This document shows positions 37,577 through 50,899 of a stretch of DNA of 64,000 bases, piece after piece. The stretch's first letter is position 1; every line of letters starts with the position of its first letter. The stretch spans positions 744,001 through 808,000 of the forward strand of contig CDLV01000012.1 of NCBI GenBank assembly GCA_001244265.2. The letters run 5' to 3'. The translations under genes and the position numbers were made by a program. This DNA is from Microbotryum violaceum (taxonomy: Eukaryota). The notes under the pieces are model-generated. The model was not told the DNA's origin. It saw only the letters and a list, made by a program, of their open reading frames with translations, and made no database searches.

Positions 37577-37825
37577 TCATGCAAAGCCACGCGCTTGCGG
37601 TTCATTAAATACCATATGAGTGGAAGCATTGTTTTATGTCAGCGAAAAAAAGAAGGAAAATACTGGGAGCGCTGTAGCTTCGTTGGAACGGCGCGGAAAA
37701 TACAAAAGTCACCACAGGGCTTGTACATGACTTCTGATCGGAATCCCGACACCACAGGAAGGTGCGGCAGACACAACAGTATGCTGGTACATCCACCACA
37801 GGCGGCCCGGAGGGCCGCAACCTAG
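37577..37825 (+). mobile_element. Putative small non-autonomous Helitron (3' end clear, 5' end tentative)
   Basis: GCGGCCC-GGA-GGGCCGC hairpin (37802-37818) followed by AAC-CTAG|T; a candidate A|TC start is at 37576/37577. Confidence 0.5.
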
Positions 37826-38297
37826 TTAAAAACAGCGACTTTAGGTACATTCCTTAACTCACTTTTTTTTTACTAGTTAGGGTAATAGGGTAAAGTCGAC
37901 AGCTTCCCTGACCCTTCACAGAGGATGACACGGTCCAAGACCCACAGGTCTTCCAAAAAAGAGTATCACCGATGCAACTTCGAACCAGGCCACGTCGACT
38001 GACCGTTCATGATATCAGACGAGATGCTACGAACCCTCATTTCGACGACCCCATTGTCCATAATGACGCCTTTCACATCTGACCGACTTCGACATATTTT
38101 CACTCGAGCAGGCAACCAGTCTTTCACAGCTCTCGAAAAGGGATTGATCCGTTGCAAAGGCGATACACAGGATGCGTGGCGTTGCTCCGCCGGGACGAGG
38201 CTAAAGAAACTGTCGTTCCGGTGAGTCGCAAATTGCCGCACCGCCAGGGGTACCTTCGAGGCGTCTACACTTCCCGGGGCCATTCAAATTATCCGCT

Positions 38298-39532
38298 CTA
38301 ATTTCCAAGTACTCCCTCTTCCGCCTCCTCTTCCTCTAGTGTTCGGATCCTCAGCGTGATCGACTCGGGACTGCACTTGACGATTTCGACCCTGATGGCG
38401 AAAAGATAAAATTGGCGATGGGTGACTCGAAGGTAAGTCAGCCTACACCCTCGCAGTCCGAAGCAGTGCAAGATAGCTCACCTCTCCAAGTCAACTGTTC
38501 GATACGTCGCTTCAGTTGCACGGATCCTCTCGCGGGTCTGTCCGGTGCACACGGCCAGGGTCTGGCAGCCTGCTGCCAAACCGCTCGCCAATCCCGATGG
38601 GGCATCTTCAAGTACCAAGACCGTTTTGGAGTCGAACGGGGCACCGGATAGTTTCTCCAATTCTGAAAATCGCAAGCAAAGATGACCGGTCAGGGCCCGA
38701 GGTGGTCAATGGTAATTTGGTCTCGCCAAAGAGCACCGAGTGACCGGGGTAAATCACCTTTGATTCCCTTCAAGTAAGGCTCCGGGTGTGGTTTCCCGTT
38801 GGTGACGTTGTCGGCAGTGACGATGAAAGGTAAGTTAGGTGCATCAGCATTGATCTTGCCCGTTTGCAAAGCGCTAGATGCGTAAACGATCGTTGCTAGA
38901 AAAGAAGCGGGAGACATGCACAAGGATCAGTCGTATGCTCTCGACCCGAAGTAAAACACCCTCCAACGTACCTGATGTGACGATCCCCCATCTCGCTCCA
39001 CCCTTGACCAAATCCTTGATCAACCGATGTACACCCGGTAATTCATAAATTCCCCGCTCGCCGCGTTCAGCCAACATCCTCCCATTCGAAGCAATCAAGC
39101 CCTCGATCCTGAACACCTCTTGGTCCAATTCGTCTTCGCTCATTTCGGATCCAGGCTTGGGTACGGTCTGCCATCGTTTGATGTTGTCTCGTGTGCGAAC
39201 GCCATGGGAATGCGAGAGGAAATAGGCCGGTTCATGACCATTTGCTCGGGCCCATTCGGTCATGGTCAATTCGACGGCCGCGGTTGAATCGACGAGCGTC
39301 CCTGATGAGACAAGAGCGAAGAGGAGCGAGTGTTTCAGCTGACGGGTCGAGTTTCGATCGTTGGGTAGTAAACCTCTACTTCTCGCCTCGTCCAGACCAC
39401 GCTCGAATCGTGAGGAGCTGGAACTTGCGAAGCTCGACAGGGGACTTGACGTGCGATCAACGACCCGCGAAAGAGCTCGCTCGACTGACCATCCATGTCT
39501 GACAGGATCCCAGAGACGGTGATTTCGACCAT
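38298..39532 (-). CDS. HAD sugar/glycerol phosphatase (GPP/DOG-like)
   Basis: GILSDMDG / TLVDSTAAVE, SHGVRTRD, WGIVTS, VTNGKPHPEPYLKG and LVLEDAPSGLASGLAAGC. Confidence 0.9.
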
Positions 39533-40098
39533 GGTCGTCTACGGAAGCGCGAAGGTGATAAAGGATCCGAGGGGTACAGGAGACAACGTGTATACGCCAC
39601 GAGGAAGAGCAGCGCGAAACTTGTTCGGCTTCTCTCGGCAGCACAGAGCCGAGATGCCCGAGCGAGGGGCGAGCCGACCCACGCGAGGCCGAGACATTGC
39701 ACAAGTCGAAACCAGATGGGTTTTGCCGAAGGCTGCGGTGGCGCCGTGTATTCAAACGAACAGACCAAGAAACTCTTCCCCTCCACGACCAGAGGTAACA
39801 CCTTCACAGCTCGGCGTGAAAAAAGCATACTCAGGTAGAGGAGAGCCGGACGGGTCATTTGGGCGAATCAATAAAGCGGTGCTCTCCTCCAAAACACCCA
39901 CCGCCCGACTACCAGGGTCAATTTATACGAACCTCCCTCCTCTCCGAAAGCAAGGACTGCGTGGGTCGACATAATATGTTACATGCTTCTGCGGTGTAAA
40001 TCGAAAACAGAAACTTGTTCGAGAGATGCTAATCTTCCCCTCAACCTTTAGCGGCCACCTCAGTGATCATCTTCATTGCTCGTCCCCATCGATGCGCT

Positions 40099-41460
40099 TC
40101 AAGGGTTCAGGGGAGCGACGGCATCGTCGATGTAATTGTAAGCCTCGTAAGAGTAGATCAAGCCAAAGATGAGGAAGAGCGTCGCGCCTCCGAGGGTGAC
40201 TGTCAAAAGTTAATCGAGAAGAGATTGATCAGTGTCGTATACGAGGACGTAGAACCGAGGTGGCACCAGTGGACGTACCATGCTTGATGGAGATGTGTTG
40301 GGAGATCCATCGCCCTCCAAGAACAGCGAGAAGGGTACAGAACGAGTGGCCAAGGGTCGTGCCGAAAGTGACGAGCCAGACGTTCTGAAGACGAAGTGAG
40401 ATTAGGAATAATACGGACACCCTGCTGATGCGGGGGATCAGAACTCACATGAGCAGCAGCCAGTGCGATGGTCGTGATCTGACTTCGATCACCCCATTCA
40501 GCAAGGAAGGTGAGGATGAAGGCTTGCACAAAGATGGGGGAGAAGAAGAGGCCGAAAAGGTTCTTGACGCCCTCGGTCAAGGTCGACACGGCGTCCTTCT
40601 TGCTTGGCAGGCTGAAGCTCGACCGCCGTTTCGAGCTCGTTACGGGTCGTGGAAGTCCAGCAGCGGGGGACGAAGCGGCGGATCTAACCTCTTCGAGGTC
40701 GACCATCTGGTACGCCACTTTTCTCCCTGCGTTCCCACTCGCGGCTTCCCCCTCGGCTTCCTCTACCTCTTTCTGCACCTCCTTCATCTCCTCTTCCATT
40801 TTTTGTCGTCCCGCATCACCAGCCTCCATCTCCAATCCCTCTTGCATCATCCTCGCGCCAAAGACGAAGAAGAGCAGAGCAGCGGCGATGGTCGTGTACC
40901 GTTTCGGCAGCAAGGTCGGCACGATTTGCCCCAACAGGGACGAGAGCAACGACATGACGGCGAGGGCGGCGAGGGCGCCGGCAAATATGGTGACTCGGGG
41001 ATGTCGCATCGACAAGATGGCGGCACTGTTGTGCGCGATCGCGAGTTGAACGACCATGGCGTCGCACGCGGGTAGACACGAGTCGCGAGAGAGAGAACCG
41101 AGGGGGGCGAGAATAGAATCAGTCACGTGCATTCGTTGGGAAGAGGTTCAGCTGTTTCTTGGGAGGGAGCTAACATGAGGAAAGTCTTGTCGCCAATCTC
41201 GGACACGACAATCACGGCTGAGTAGGGTGTATCATCGTAGGCAAACGGCGCGGCGAAGGTAGACGAGATTGGGGTGGTCCGACGCGAGACGAGCAGCCGG
41301 AGAAGCCCGAACGTGTCCACACGCGGATGGCAGCGCCACAGGGAGACAGGGAGATCGATGGAGCGTGTCAGCGGACCTGGATCAAGTAGCATGACCGAGT
41401 AGACTCACCGATAGCCCTGTCCAGCCCAGCCAGGGAAGGCACACCTTTAAACTCGAACAT
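40099..41460 (-). CDS. GDT1: GDT1/TMEM165 (UPF0016) Ca2+/Mn2+ transporter
   Basis: Both ExGD(K/R)(T/S) motifs present: SEIGDKTF and AEWGDRSQ; also GTTLGHSFCT. Confidence 0.95.
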
Positions 41461-41798
41461 GATGCGAGTGGTGCTTGGTTCAAGGCGAAAGCCAAGCGCT
41501 GCACGACACGCACGCAGCAGGCAGTGAGTGGCGCTGTCAGGCGAGGTCAGGCGCGCCGCAGGACTGCCGCAGACAGGGAGCTAGACGGGCTAGACAGGGC
41601 TTGCGAAAGGCACAGACAGAGACACGTCGTTTGGCGCGTTCGAGGACTTCGGCCTCGGAGAGCAAGAACTAGGTGGGGGCACCCTAGAGCGCAAGTTCAA
41701 TAATATCGGGTTTAGAAACCACTCGAAACACTCGTTCTAACAACAGTAGTAGAAGCGGAAGAATTCGCATACAACCCTTTACGTCAGGCGGCATCAAG

Positions 41799-44179
41799 TC
41801 AATTTGGCCGAGATATCTCCTTTCTCCCCGCGCTCGGCACTCCACTCAGCAGATCTACCCCGACCGACAAAAGCGCTTCTACGGCCCAAGCACTACGACA
41901 GATAAAAACAACAGCTCCAGTCAGCAAAACTCGGACAGCTCAAGAGTTCACATGTTGGGCTCACGGGTACTTGTCGTTGGTCTTGAAGAAGCGCGCGAAA
42001 AAGTCGATCAGGTACTGCGGAAATCGATCTTCGAGGATCGCTTCCCGAGCTCGATGCATCAACGTGGACTGGAATAAAATAGCCCCTCATCAGCACAGAA
42101 TGATAACCCCGCAGAATTGCGTTGGACCCACTTGATAAGTCAAATTATGTAATGTCAGCGCATGGGCTCCGACCGTCTCCCTTCCAGCAATCATCGAGAG
42201 CGCCGCTTTGGTCATCCCGTTGCCCTTGTCGCAGGTTGGACATGTGCATTCCGGATCGATAACGGAAAAGTCGGTAGCATTCACTTGTCGCCTGACGTCG
42301 ACTGGGCCGTCAAAAGTGAGTGCCACACCGAAACGCTGGGAGCCGGAAATCACGCGGATTAGTTAGTGCTTCCATTCATCGAAGCGGAGAGCTGGAGCGA
42401 AGATGTGCTCACAGCTGTTCGAGTGGGAAAGACACAGTCGGCCATGTCGACGCCTAGTGCAGCACATACCAGTAGGTCTGTGCTGATGGCAAGTGGGAAC
42501 GAGGTAAGCAACCTGACACCCGAGATTGCGTTCCACGCTAAGTTATCGAGTGAGACTTATTCCCCATAACCAATCCCCATGCAGTCTGCTCGGACGAGGC
42601 CAAAATGCGGCGTGCATCAGCAAGCGACATGCTTCTGAAACAGGTTCTGCCAACCTCAAACCACTGTGGACTCACATCTCGGCTTCTGTTCCGGTAGTGC
42701 CGCAGCGCACTGAGCAACGATCCTCCAGAACTGAGTCTTCTCCTCTCCACCCGACAGACCGCCAATCGCGTATCCCGGAAGTTTCTCCTGTCGTTCGGGC
42801 GAGAGCATCGCATCCAGGCATTTCTGTCGCAACACAGGATCAAGACCACCTATGATGGAGAGAGCACGGGGGGAGGGGGGACTCATCAGGCTTCGAGCCC
42901 GATTCGAGGCAATGAGAGAAAGTGTGTTTGAGGCTGACCTTGAACGATGGCGAACAAGTTCTGCTTCGTCCTCCGTCCCGATCGCTCGTGCTCGGCAATA
43001 CATCGATCCAGCCCTTTTCAAAAACAAGAAAAAGCATTCCTCAGCCTCACTTTGATCTCCCTCTAGCGAAGCTGAACATCACGTACATCGAACAGATCTC
43101 CACATGGCCTCTTCCATCCTCGCGCCCGTCGTCAAAGTCGCGACGACATCATCCAGTTGCCTGTCGCGTGTCCGACAAAGTCAGCACCGCCATCAAGCAA
43201 GGATCCTACATTTTTCCACCCCTCACATCATGATATCCGTCCCTATTGAGTGTTGTATCTGCATACTCCGCTCCGGCGTGAGCAGCGACGACTTTGTCCT
43301 GTGCACAGAAAGTAGCCAGCCACATGAGCCTCTCATGGCTCTGAGTATATTCACTCTAGGGTCGATTTTTTGTCACGACTGACGGATCATAAGGGTTCGC
43401 GAATACCACGCCTTCTTCCTCGACTTTGGAGAGCTTGACACTGTAATGGAAATTGGACCAGGCGGTCAGGGGAGTCAAAGGTTTCGTCAGCTCAAAACCG
43501 TGCCGAGCAAAACTGCCGAGGTTGTCGGAATCCACGACGGAGTGGTCCTTCTCATGTGAACGAGTAGAACAACCACTCACAGGCTGACCATCTGTGGAGG
43601 GAGGCCACCCGAAACAAACCATGTGGATCAGCTCTGACCCTTCACCTAAACCACCGGTCTCCTCAACTCCACCCGAGTAGGGAGGGACTCATGGCCGAAT
43701 CACCCCCAAGAGAAGCTCACCTGAAACCCTCCCGAATCACTCAACAAATTCCGATCCCAACCCTGATAGGTATGACTCCCTCCGATCAAATCCAATATCT
43801 CCGGCGTCGGCCTTTGACTGAGATGGTACGTGTTGTTGAGCATCAACGTCAACGGAGGATCGAGCGCCATCAGTTGAGCTGGGGTCACGCCTTTCATTGA
43901 GGCTTGCGTTGCGACGGGCATGAACGTTGGGAGCAGCTGGATGAGAGAGAGAACATCAAATCGGCTTGTTGTGTAAGTGGAAGTTGGCGTTGTTGTGTTG
44001 CGCGCTCCCGAGACCGAAATGTTAGCTCCCGTTCCCACACTCACCGTCGCTCCATGAGGCAAAGTCATGCGCGAAACCCGAGCTCGTGTGGTTGAACATC
44101 GTGCCAAGATCTCAAAGTGAAGAGCCGGGGAAGCAGACGCGGGTTTCAGCATCGCTTCTGGTGCTCTCCCTTCAGTCAT
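41799..44179 (-). CDS. QTRT1: Queuine tRNA-ribosyltransferase catalytic subunit
   Basis: PTFMPVATQAS, LNNTYHL, LSDSGGFQMVSL, MQLDDVV, GYAIGGLSGGE, DMADCVFPTR and zinc site CTCPTC...HNL. Confidence 0.95.
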
Positions 44180-44634
44180 GCGGTTTCGCCCGGAAGGTGG
44201 GGTCGTAGTACGAGGTGAGCTCGGCAACTCCGCACCGGGCGCGTCAAAGCAGAGACTCCCGAAGTGTCTGGAGTGGTCTCGGCCGAGTTTTGGCCTTGAA
44301 TCATCATAGTAAACGATGTCGATGTCAGGACACCCATCTCACTTTCTATGCATTTTCAGGAACCGTTCACGAGGACCCCCAACAAATCACATCACACCTC
44401 CAGGAACCCGGAAAGAACGTGCACTGTTGTTTCAAAAAGCATCGTCTACGCGAGAGACCCACGCGGCGAGGGCCTGCTTTTCTAAAGCAGAAGAACAAAA
44501 CAGATCCCCAACTTCCTCTTTTTCTCTTCCCTTCTCATCCCCGCCCTCACATATCTTCTTCTTTTGTTGTTGCTTCCTTCGCCTACTTCTCCAGAGATAC
44601 CCGCGAACATGTACATCCTATCGAAACGACCCAT

Positions 44635-46148
44635 TTACAGAGCTGTCGGGAGGCAGAAGCGATTAAGAGCGGTCAGCAATCGGATGAACGTGTACCATCA
44701 AGAGAGAAGCCACAGTGCAACCTGACGACGTACCCGAAGCACCAGTGATAATATCGACAAGTTCGTTCGTGATGGCGGCTTGACGCATTCGGTTGAACTG
44801 CATCCGGAGCTTGGCAATCATCTCCTCTGTGAATAGTTCGAGTTGCGGTTCAAACGTCCGCAAGCCGCATCCCGAAAACTTCGCATATTATCAATACAAC
44901 GTACCAGCGTTCTTGGAGGCGTTCTCCATGGCATTACGACGGGCCGAAATCTGCAACGAGCCAAATGCAATCAGTTTCGAATGCTTCTCAACCGAGCATC
45001 CGCTTTCCCAGTGTGTCATCCCTCGCGTCGCATACGTCGTCGACTCACCTCGGCAGCGAAACCCTCAACGAGGCCAGCATAGATGGCGTTGGCCATAGCG
45101 AACGACGACAGGTCACCACCGAGCTCGTCACTCTCGACTTCGTAAGCCGAGAAGGCGGGCGAGAGCGACAGGGCCTTGTTGGAGTAGATCTCGATGAAGG
45201 CGGCCTCGTACGAGATGACGGTCAAGAACTTGTTGTACACGATCTTGATCTGTGGGAAGCAATACGATACCCGTAATTAGTCCCCGTCCGTAACCAACGT
45301 TGCTCCAACTCGATAAGGACGCACTTTGTCGAATTCGAGGTGCTCTGACTCGATCTTGTCAGCGATGGCGAGCGCATCGGCAAAGGTGGGGACGGCCTTG
45401 CCGATCTGCGAAAAGGAGAGAGCCATCTCGTGGCTGTGGGTGCCACGGGCGAGTTGCTGCTTGGGCTTCTCACCGAGCGCGACGATGGTGACCTCCTTGC
45501 CGGCACCTTCGCCGGTCTCGATGTCGCGCTTGGTCGCCTTGGCGATCGACGAGTGGATTCCACCGCACAGACCACGGTCAGACGAGACGGCGATGTAGAG
45601 GATCTTCTCGACCTTGGCCTCGGACTTTGCGGCCTCGGACTGCTCAAAGACGGCGTTGTTGGCTTGACCGTAGGCCTTGGCGAGGCGCATCGAGTTCTGG
45701 GCACGCGCCAATCGAGACGCGGCGACCACTGCGGGAGACAAGGGAAGAGGGTACACAGATGAGTCCAGTCGGATCATAGAGCGGGGGACACTAGGTCAAT
45801 ACGGATGGGATAGGGGTAAAGTGGCAGTAGGTGGGCTGCGGGTATGTGGGTATGTGGGTGGGATGCGGGATGCGGAGGCGGGCGGCGGGGCTTGCATGTG
45901 TGTGTGTACGATGATGAGGGTACGTACTCTTCATCGACTTTGTGATCTTGCCTGTAGAGAGTACAAGCCGTGACTATAGTCAGTGGCAGAATCCATCGTG
46001 ACAGACGACGAGGGAACGTACCAATGTTACCGACCGACTTGATACGACTCTCGAGTTCTCGCAGGGTGGCCATCTGCGTCGGCGTGCTGCTGAAGGACCG
46101 AGCCCCGGCCGGCGCGACGACTCGAACGGCGGTGCGAGCGGCGAACAT
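44635..46148 (-). CDS. ATP3: Mitochondrial ATP synthase F1 gamma subunit
   Basis: Presequence; ATLRELESRIKSV, SSDRGLCGGIHS and NRMRQAAITNELVDIITGASAL*. Confidence 0.97.
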
Positions 46149-47005
46149 GATGACACAGGCGGATCTGAGCCGTCACAACAAGCCAGAAAAGCGTCAGTAC
46201 ATCGTCGAGGGTGCACTCGGGTCATGTCGTCGGTACACAGGGCGAGGCTGGGTCCAGTCCGGATGCTCCCGTCACCCCCGTCGCCCCCGTCCCTCCTGAG
46301 CCACACTCGCTCCGCATTCACCAGGGTGTCGCACAGCAGCCTCGTAGGGGTCCGCACAGGATTCCTGATCCAAAGACAGGGTCGAATACGCACAGAGGTC
46401 GCGGCGGTCGTCGGTCGACTTACAGGTTGGGCGTGGTTGGGTCGGAACGGGCGGGAGCGAGCGCGCACCAGCAAGGCGCCGCACCACGCCATTCAAACTC
46501 GCGTATTAGGCTTCCTCAAAACAGATCAGCAGATCCCAAGTAGGTAATTTCGCATTTCTAGTGGCCCCCGGCCAGAACTCGGCAGCATGACAACGCTGGT
46601 GTTTCCGTGTCACCAGTAACTCCGGACGACAAAGAATAGGGAAGAGGTGAGATTCATATTGTACTCACAGAGCGAATCACCGTGGGGCGGATTTGAAAAC
46701 CCCTGTCAGGCTGTCCAGCTGCCCATCGCCGCTTCCGTGCTTGCATACGTGCTAAGAAGCTGCGATTCATTGTACTCAATCACGTCGGTAAATCGCCTTA
46801 TCCGTTACGACGCACAGCTTTAATTTTGCGGTACAGTGTTACATTTCAGAAATCGTCAGGCTCAATTAGTACAGAACATGGGGACCCGGGGTTGGGGCTG
46901 CTCGCAAAACATGCGCGATCAATGGTGTCTAGAGAGCTATACGAGGGAGGGTTCAAAACACGAGTCGCCTTGGAAAACAGACATAGAGAAAATTCCGCTT
47001 CCGGT

Positions 47006-49964
47006 CTACCAAACAAAGTCGGCCGGGGTGTCGAGCGCCCAGGTGAACTTGTCAACGAGCGTCTTGGAGAAGACCTTGTTGAGCGGCACATCGTGTTTCT
47101 TGCACCACGCAATCCTACAAAGCGAGCAACATCACTTTCGTCAGAAGCCGCAAGCAACCCAATCAAGACATCAAAGTGACTCACGTGATACGACTGTCGA
47201 TATAGTTGATCTTGGACGTTCCAAGCGAAACCTCCTTGCCCTCATCACGATCCGTCGCCGCGGTCTTAGCGACCAAGATTCTCTCGTCCATCTTCTCAAT
47301 CTGCGCAATCAATTTTTCGTCGCTGTACCTGGTCTCCTTCCATCCCTTCTTGCGCTCCGCCTTGAGCGTCTTCTCGAGCTCGTCCGCGGCCTCGAGCCGT
47401 TGCTTGAGCTCAGAAGCGGGCAGCGGCTTCTCGTCGGCTTCGGCGCGCTTGAGGTTCTCCTTCTCGAACCGCTTCTTGATCTTTTCGCGCTCAAGAACGA
47501 CCAGTTGCTCCTCGTGCGAGATGATCCAGTCGTCTTCGATGTCCGACTCGTCCTCCTTGTATTGTCTAGTCGATGGGCAAAGCACCAGATGGTCAATTTG
47601 GTTCGTGCGGGTGAAAAGAATTTCTATTGCCAGCTTGACTCACTTGTACTTCTTCTTCTCGGGCGAGTTGAGTAAAGCGCAACGCAGCTTCTTACGTTGG
47701 TACTTGAGCGCGCGTATCTGCAGCAGAATAACGGTGCAGTCAGTCTCGGAACAACGATATGATACATCGTCAAGCACCCGCCGACCTTGTCGGTCATCCT
47801 GTCCATCATTTGGCCATGCCCCTTGCTGACACTCCTTTGATGGTTGCAAAGCACGGCGACGAGTCGGTTCGCTCGGTTGTAAGCGAGGATCTTGTCCGCG
47901 ATCGAGCCGTCGGCGGGGGTGTCCTTGAGTTGCTCTTGGAACGTGTACGACGCGTTGTAGGTACGGAAGACCTTGGCCGTCAGACCGTCCATGTACGAGT
48001 TAAGGTACTTGTTCACGGTACTCGTCTGTGAAGGCTCAAATAAGCACTCAGTTGACCGCAACGTGGACGTACTGCTCATGTCCAAGTGCACTCACACTCA
48101 GTCGGTCGAACAGCAAGTCGCCAATGGTCTTGGGCTCCTTTTTGAAAATTTTAAGGTTCTTGAAGACTTGCTCGTCGACCTCAACCTCGTTGACGTAGCG
48201 GATCGAATCCTTACCGAGGAAGTCGAACGTGACCTTGGTCGGCGGCGTCAAGGTGACGTGTTCGAAGCGCAGCGAGCAGCACCCAACCGTGTCGGCTTCA
48301 TCCTCGCCCTTCTCGTTCCCGTTACGCAGCGCGAAGCGATCGATGAGGTAGATCGCCGTTGCACGTTGGCGAACGACCATCTCCTTGTCCTTGAGATCGG
48401 CGGTGTAGTCGCGACGGATGCGGGCGACGTGGTCCTTCAACGCGCGGGCCTTTTCGAACTTTTTCAAATCGGATTGGCCCTTCAACGACGAGCCGGCAGC
48501 AAGGAAGACGTACCTACGGTGTGAGGAAGTTGGAGATTAGCAACCAGTCGAGATGAAGTGCACCAACACACTCGACAAAACTCACTTGACATTGCCGTTG
48601 ACGTTTTCCTTCCACGTCGCAAGCCATGTGACCGTGTCGTCGTGCACGACACTCTTCCAGTGGTGGCCTGCGGGGGGGGTAGGGACCTTCGCATCCTTGC
48701 CAATGTTGATCGTGATTTGCTCGGGACGGACACGGGTCTGCTCAAACAAGCACATACTCGGTTAGTTCTCTTGCTCACCTTTAGCGAGTGATGCCGCGAT
48801 AGGTTGCTCACCTTGAGCAAACCCGTCTTGGGGTGCTCGCCACGACCACGGAACAACGCAGGGGGTTCGATACGGAAGTTGCCGACCTTCTCCTTGCGCC
48901 CGTCGAGCAGGCACGTCTTGTACGGTTCTTCCGTAATATCTCGAATCGCCTTGGCTTCCTTCTTCTGCGTAGCCGTCATCTCCTTCTTCTTGGCCTTCGC
49001 CGTCTCGAGGTGGGCAAAGATGGGCGTAAAGTCACACTTTTCGAACGTGGTGATCTTGGTTCCGTCACGGGGAGGAAAAGCTTTGAGCACACCGAGCCAG
49101 CTGTCGAAGAAGTTCTTGACGAAGACGGGGTTCTTGACGTAGTCGGTCTCGAGGATCGCAGCAAAAAAGGAAGCGACCTCCTCGGCCTCCGGTGGCAGAT
49201 CGACGGGCTTGCCCTCGTACTTCATCTTCACCCCGTGGGGCTCGTATTCGGGCGGGAACATGACACCGTTGTGCTCGAGCGTTTTCCACTTGGTCGTACC
49301 GTCGTTCGACTGATCCTCCCACCACTTGTAGGCCCCCTCCTCGCCGTCGCCGTTCTCAGTCTTGACGTCTTCGTCGTCGTCGTACTTGTCCTTGCCTTTG
49401 CCCTTGTTAAGTGCGAGCTTGGCGGGCGTGATCGAATCCTCCTTCTTGAGCTTCTTATCGACCTTGCTCGCGGCGGATCCCTTCTGAACGGGCGTGGCCT
49501 TCTTGCTCGTCGGGGCGGACTTTGTCCCTTTCTTGGCAGGAGCTTTCTTGGTCTTTTTCGACATCGGTTTTTGGTCGGAGTCTTCCTCATCGTCATCCTG
49601 CTCTTCGTCGTCCGAAGCATCGTTCTTGCGCTTGGACGCTTTCGACTTGGACGAGCTGGCCCGGGGTGCGCCGGCTTTCTTGGTAGTGGCCGACTTGGCT
49701 TTGACTTTTGCCTTGGTGGCCAAAGGCTTTTCGTCCTCGGACGAATTGTCGTCGTCGGCTTCTTCCCTGTCGACGCGCTTGGACAACTTTTCGACCTGCT
49801 TGGAGACCATGGCCTCTTTAGCGACGTGCTTCTTGACCTGAGCCTCGAGCGCGGCGTGATCCGACTCAGAGTCGGAATCGGACTGGTAGCCATTGTTGAT
49901 CTTTTTCGTCGTCGTCGTCATCGCCTGCTTCTTTTGTTTGGACGCGAGAGGTGCGTCGTCTTCG

Positions 49965-50002
<38 letters not shown>

Positions 50003-50899
50003 CGAATCGCCGGTCGTGAAGACGGAAATCTTCTTGTCCGTGTTCGTCGACGAATCGGCACTGGCAGCGGCGGCAGCGGCGAACAAGAGGTCGCTCATGG
50101 TCGCGGTCGAAGCGGATGCGCTCGTCTTTGTGCCATCCTTCATCTCGACGACGGGTGCCGGCGCCACGGGTGCGTAGGAGCCGTTGCCGATGGCGGCATG
50201 ATGGCCGTTGGACGAGAGTTCGGGTCTGGGACGTTTGTTCTGTGAAAATGATGGAAGGGATGGTGGCGGTGGTGATAGGGCGTGTTGGATGAACCGATAA
50301 TATCAGTATATACCGTACGGTTTTGCGTGGAACGGAGTGTCAAGGTGTGGACCCGAAGATGGCCAGGAGTTGAGTGGACTGGGCATTCGACGGCAACGGT
50401 GCCCGCGACGACGGGACTTGGGCGCCAGAAAGGCGAACCCGGCCTCGGCGTGTCGTGCGCCGTGCCCAAAGGCGATGTGGCGGCGAAGCTCTCCAGTCAC
50501 ATTGACGCGTTGCGATGGCCACTCAAGCTCGGGCAAGAGTAGCGAGAGCGGCAGACAGGTCGGACAGAGTACAGGTGAGGTGCACATTCGCGAAACTAGT
50601 CCCTGACAAGCGTCACGATAACTGTATTGATCGCGGTCGTGCTCGAAGGCTGCTCGTGTCGGCTGCCGACGTCGAGATGGGCCCGAGTGCCAGAGTCGCA
50701 AGTGGTCGGCGGCGGACGAGCGACGACTCGACGACTCGACGACTCGAAAAGCGACAAAGGGCGAAGGTGGCAGAGCATGGCAAGCCCAGCGGAACGATGC
50801 ACGTACCAAAGGCACATCATCCTCATCGCCACTCTCATCGGACGAGCTCTCTGGGATGACACGCTTCTTGTACTTGGGGGCAGCAGCGGCGTCCGTCAT
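47006..50899 (-). CDS. TOP1: DNA topoisomerase I (type IB)
   Basis: Charged N-terminus; [66 protein letters not shown] and GTSKINY (catalytic Tyr). Confidence 0.97.

Noticed and set aside
37877..37895. TTAGGG-like telomeric seed
   Set aside because: One perfect and one degenerate unit only; consistent with chance.
37966..38283. 105-aa minus-strand ORF downstream of the HAD phosphatase
   Set aside because: No recognisable motif; it overlaps the expected 3' UTR, so it cannot be supported as a gene.
48833..50245. 470-aa + strand ORF, and similar long antisense ORFs at 46836-47675, 40428-41075 and 29214-29903
   Set aside because: Shadow ORFs antisense to TOP1, GDT1 and the phosphatase in GC-rich coding DNA; no recognisable domains.
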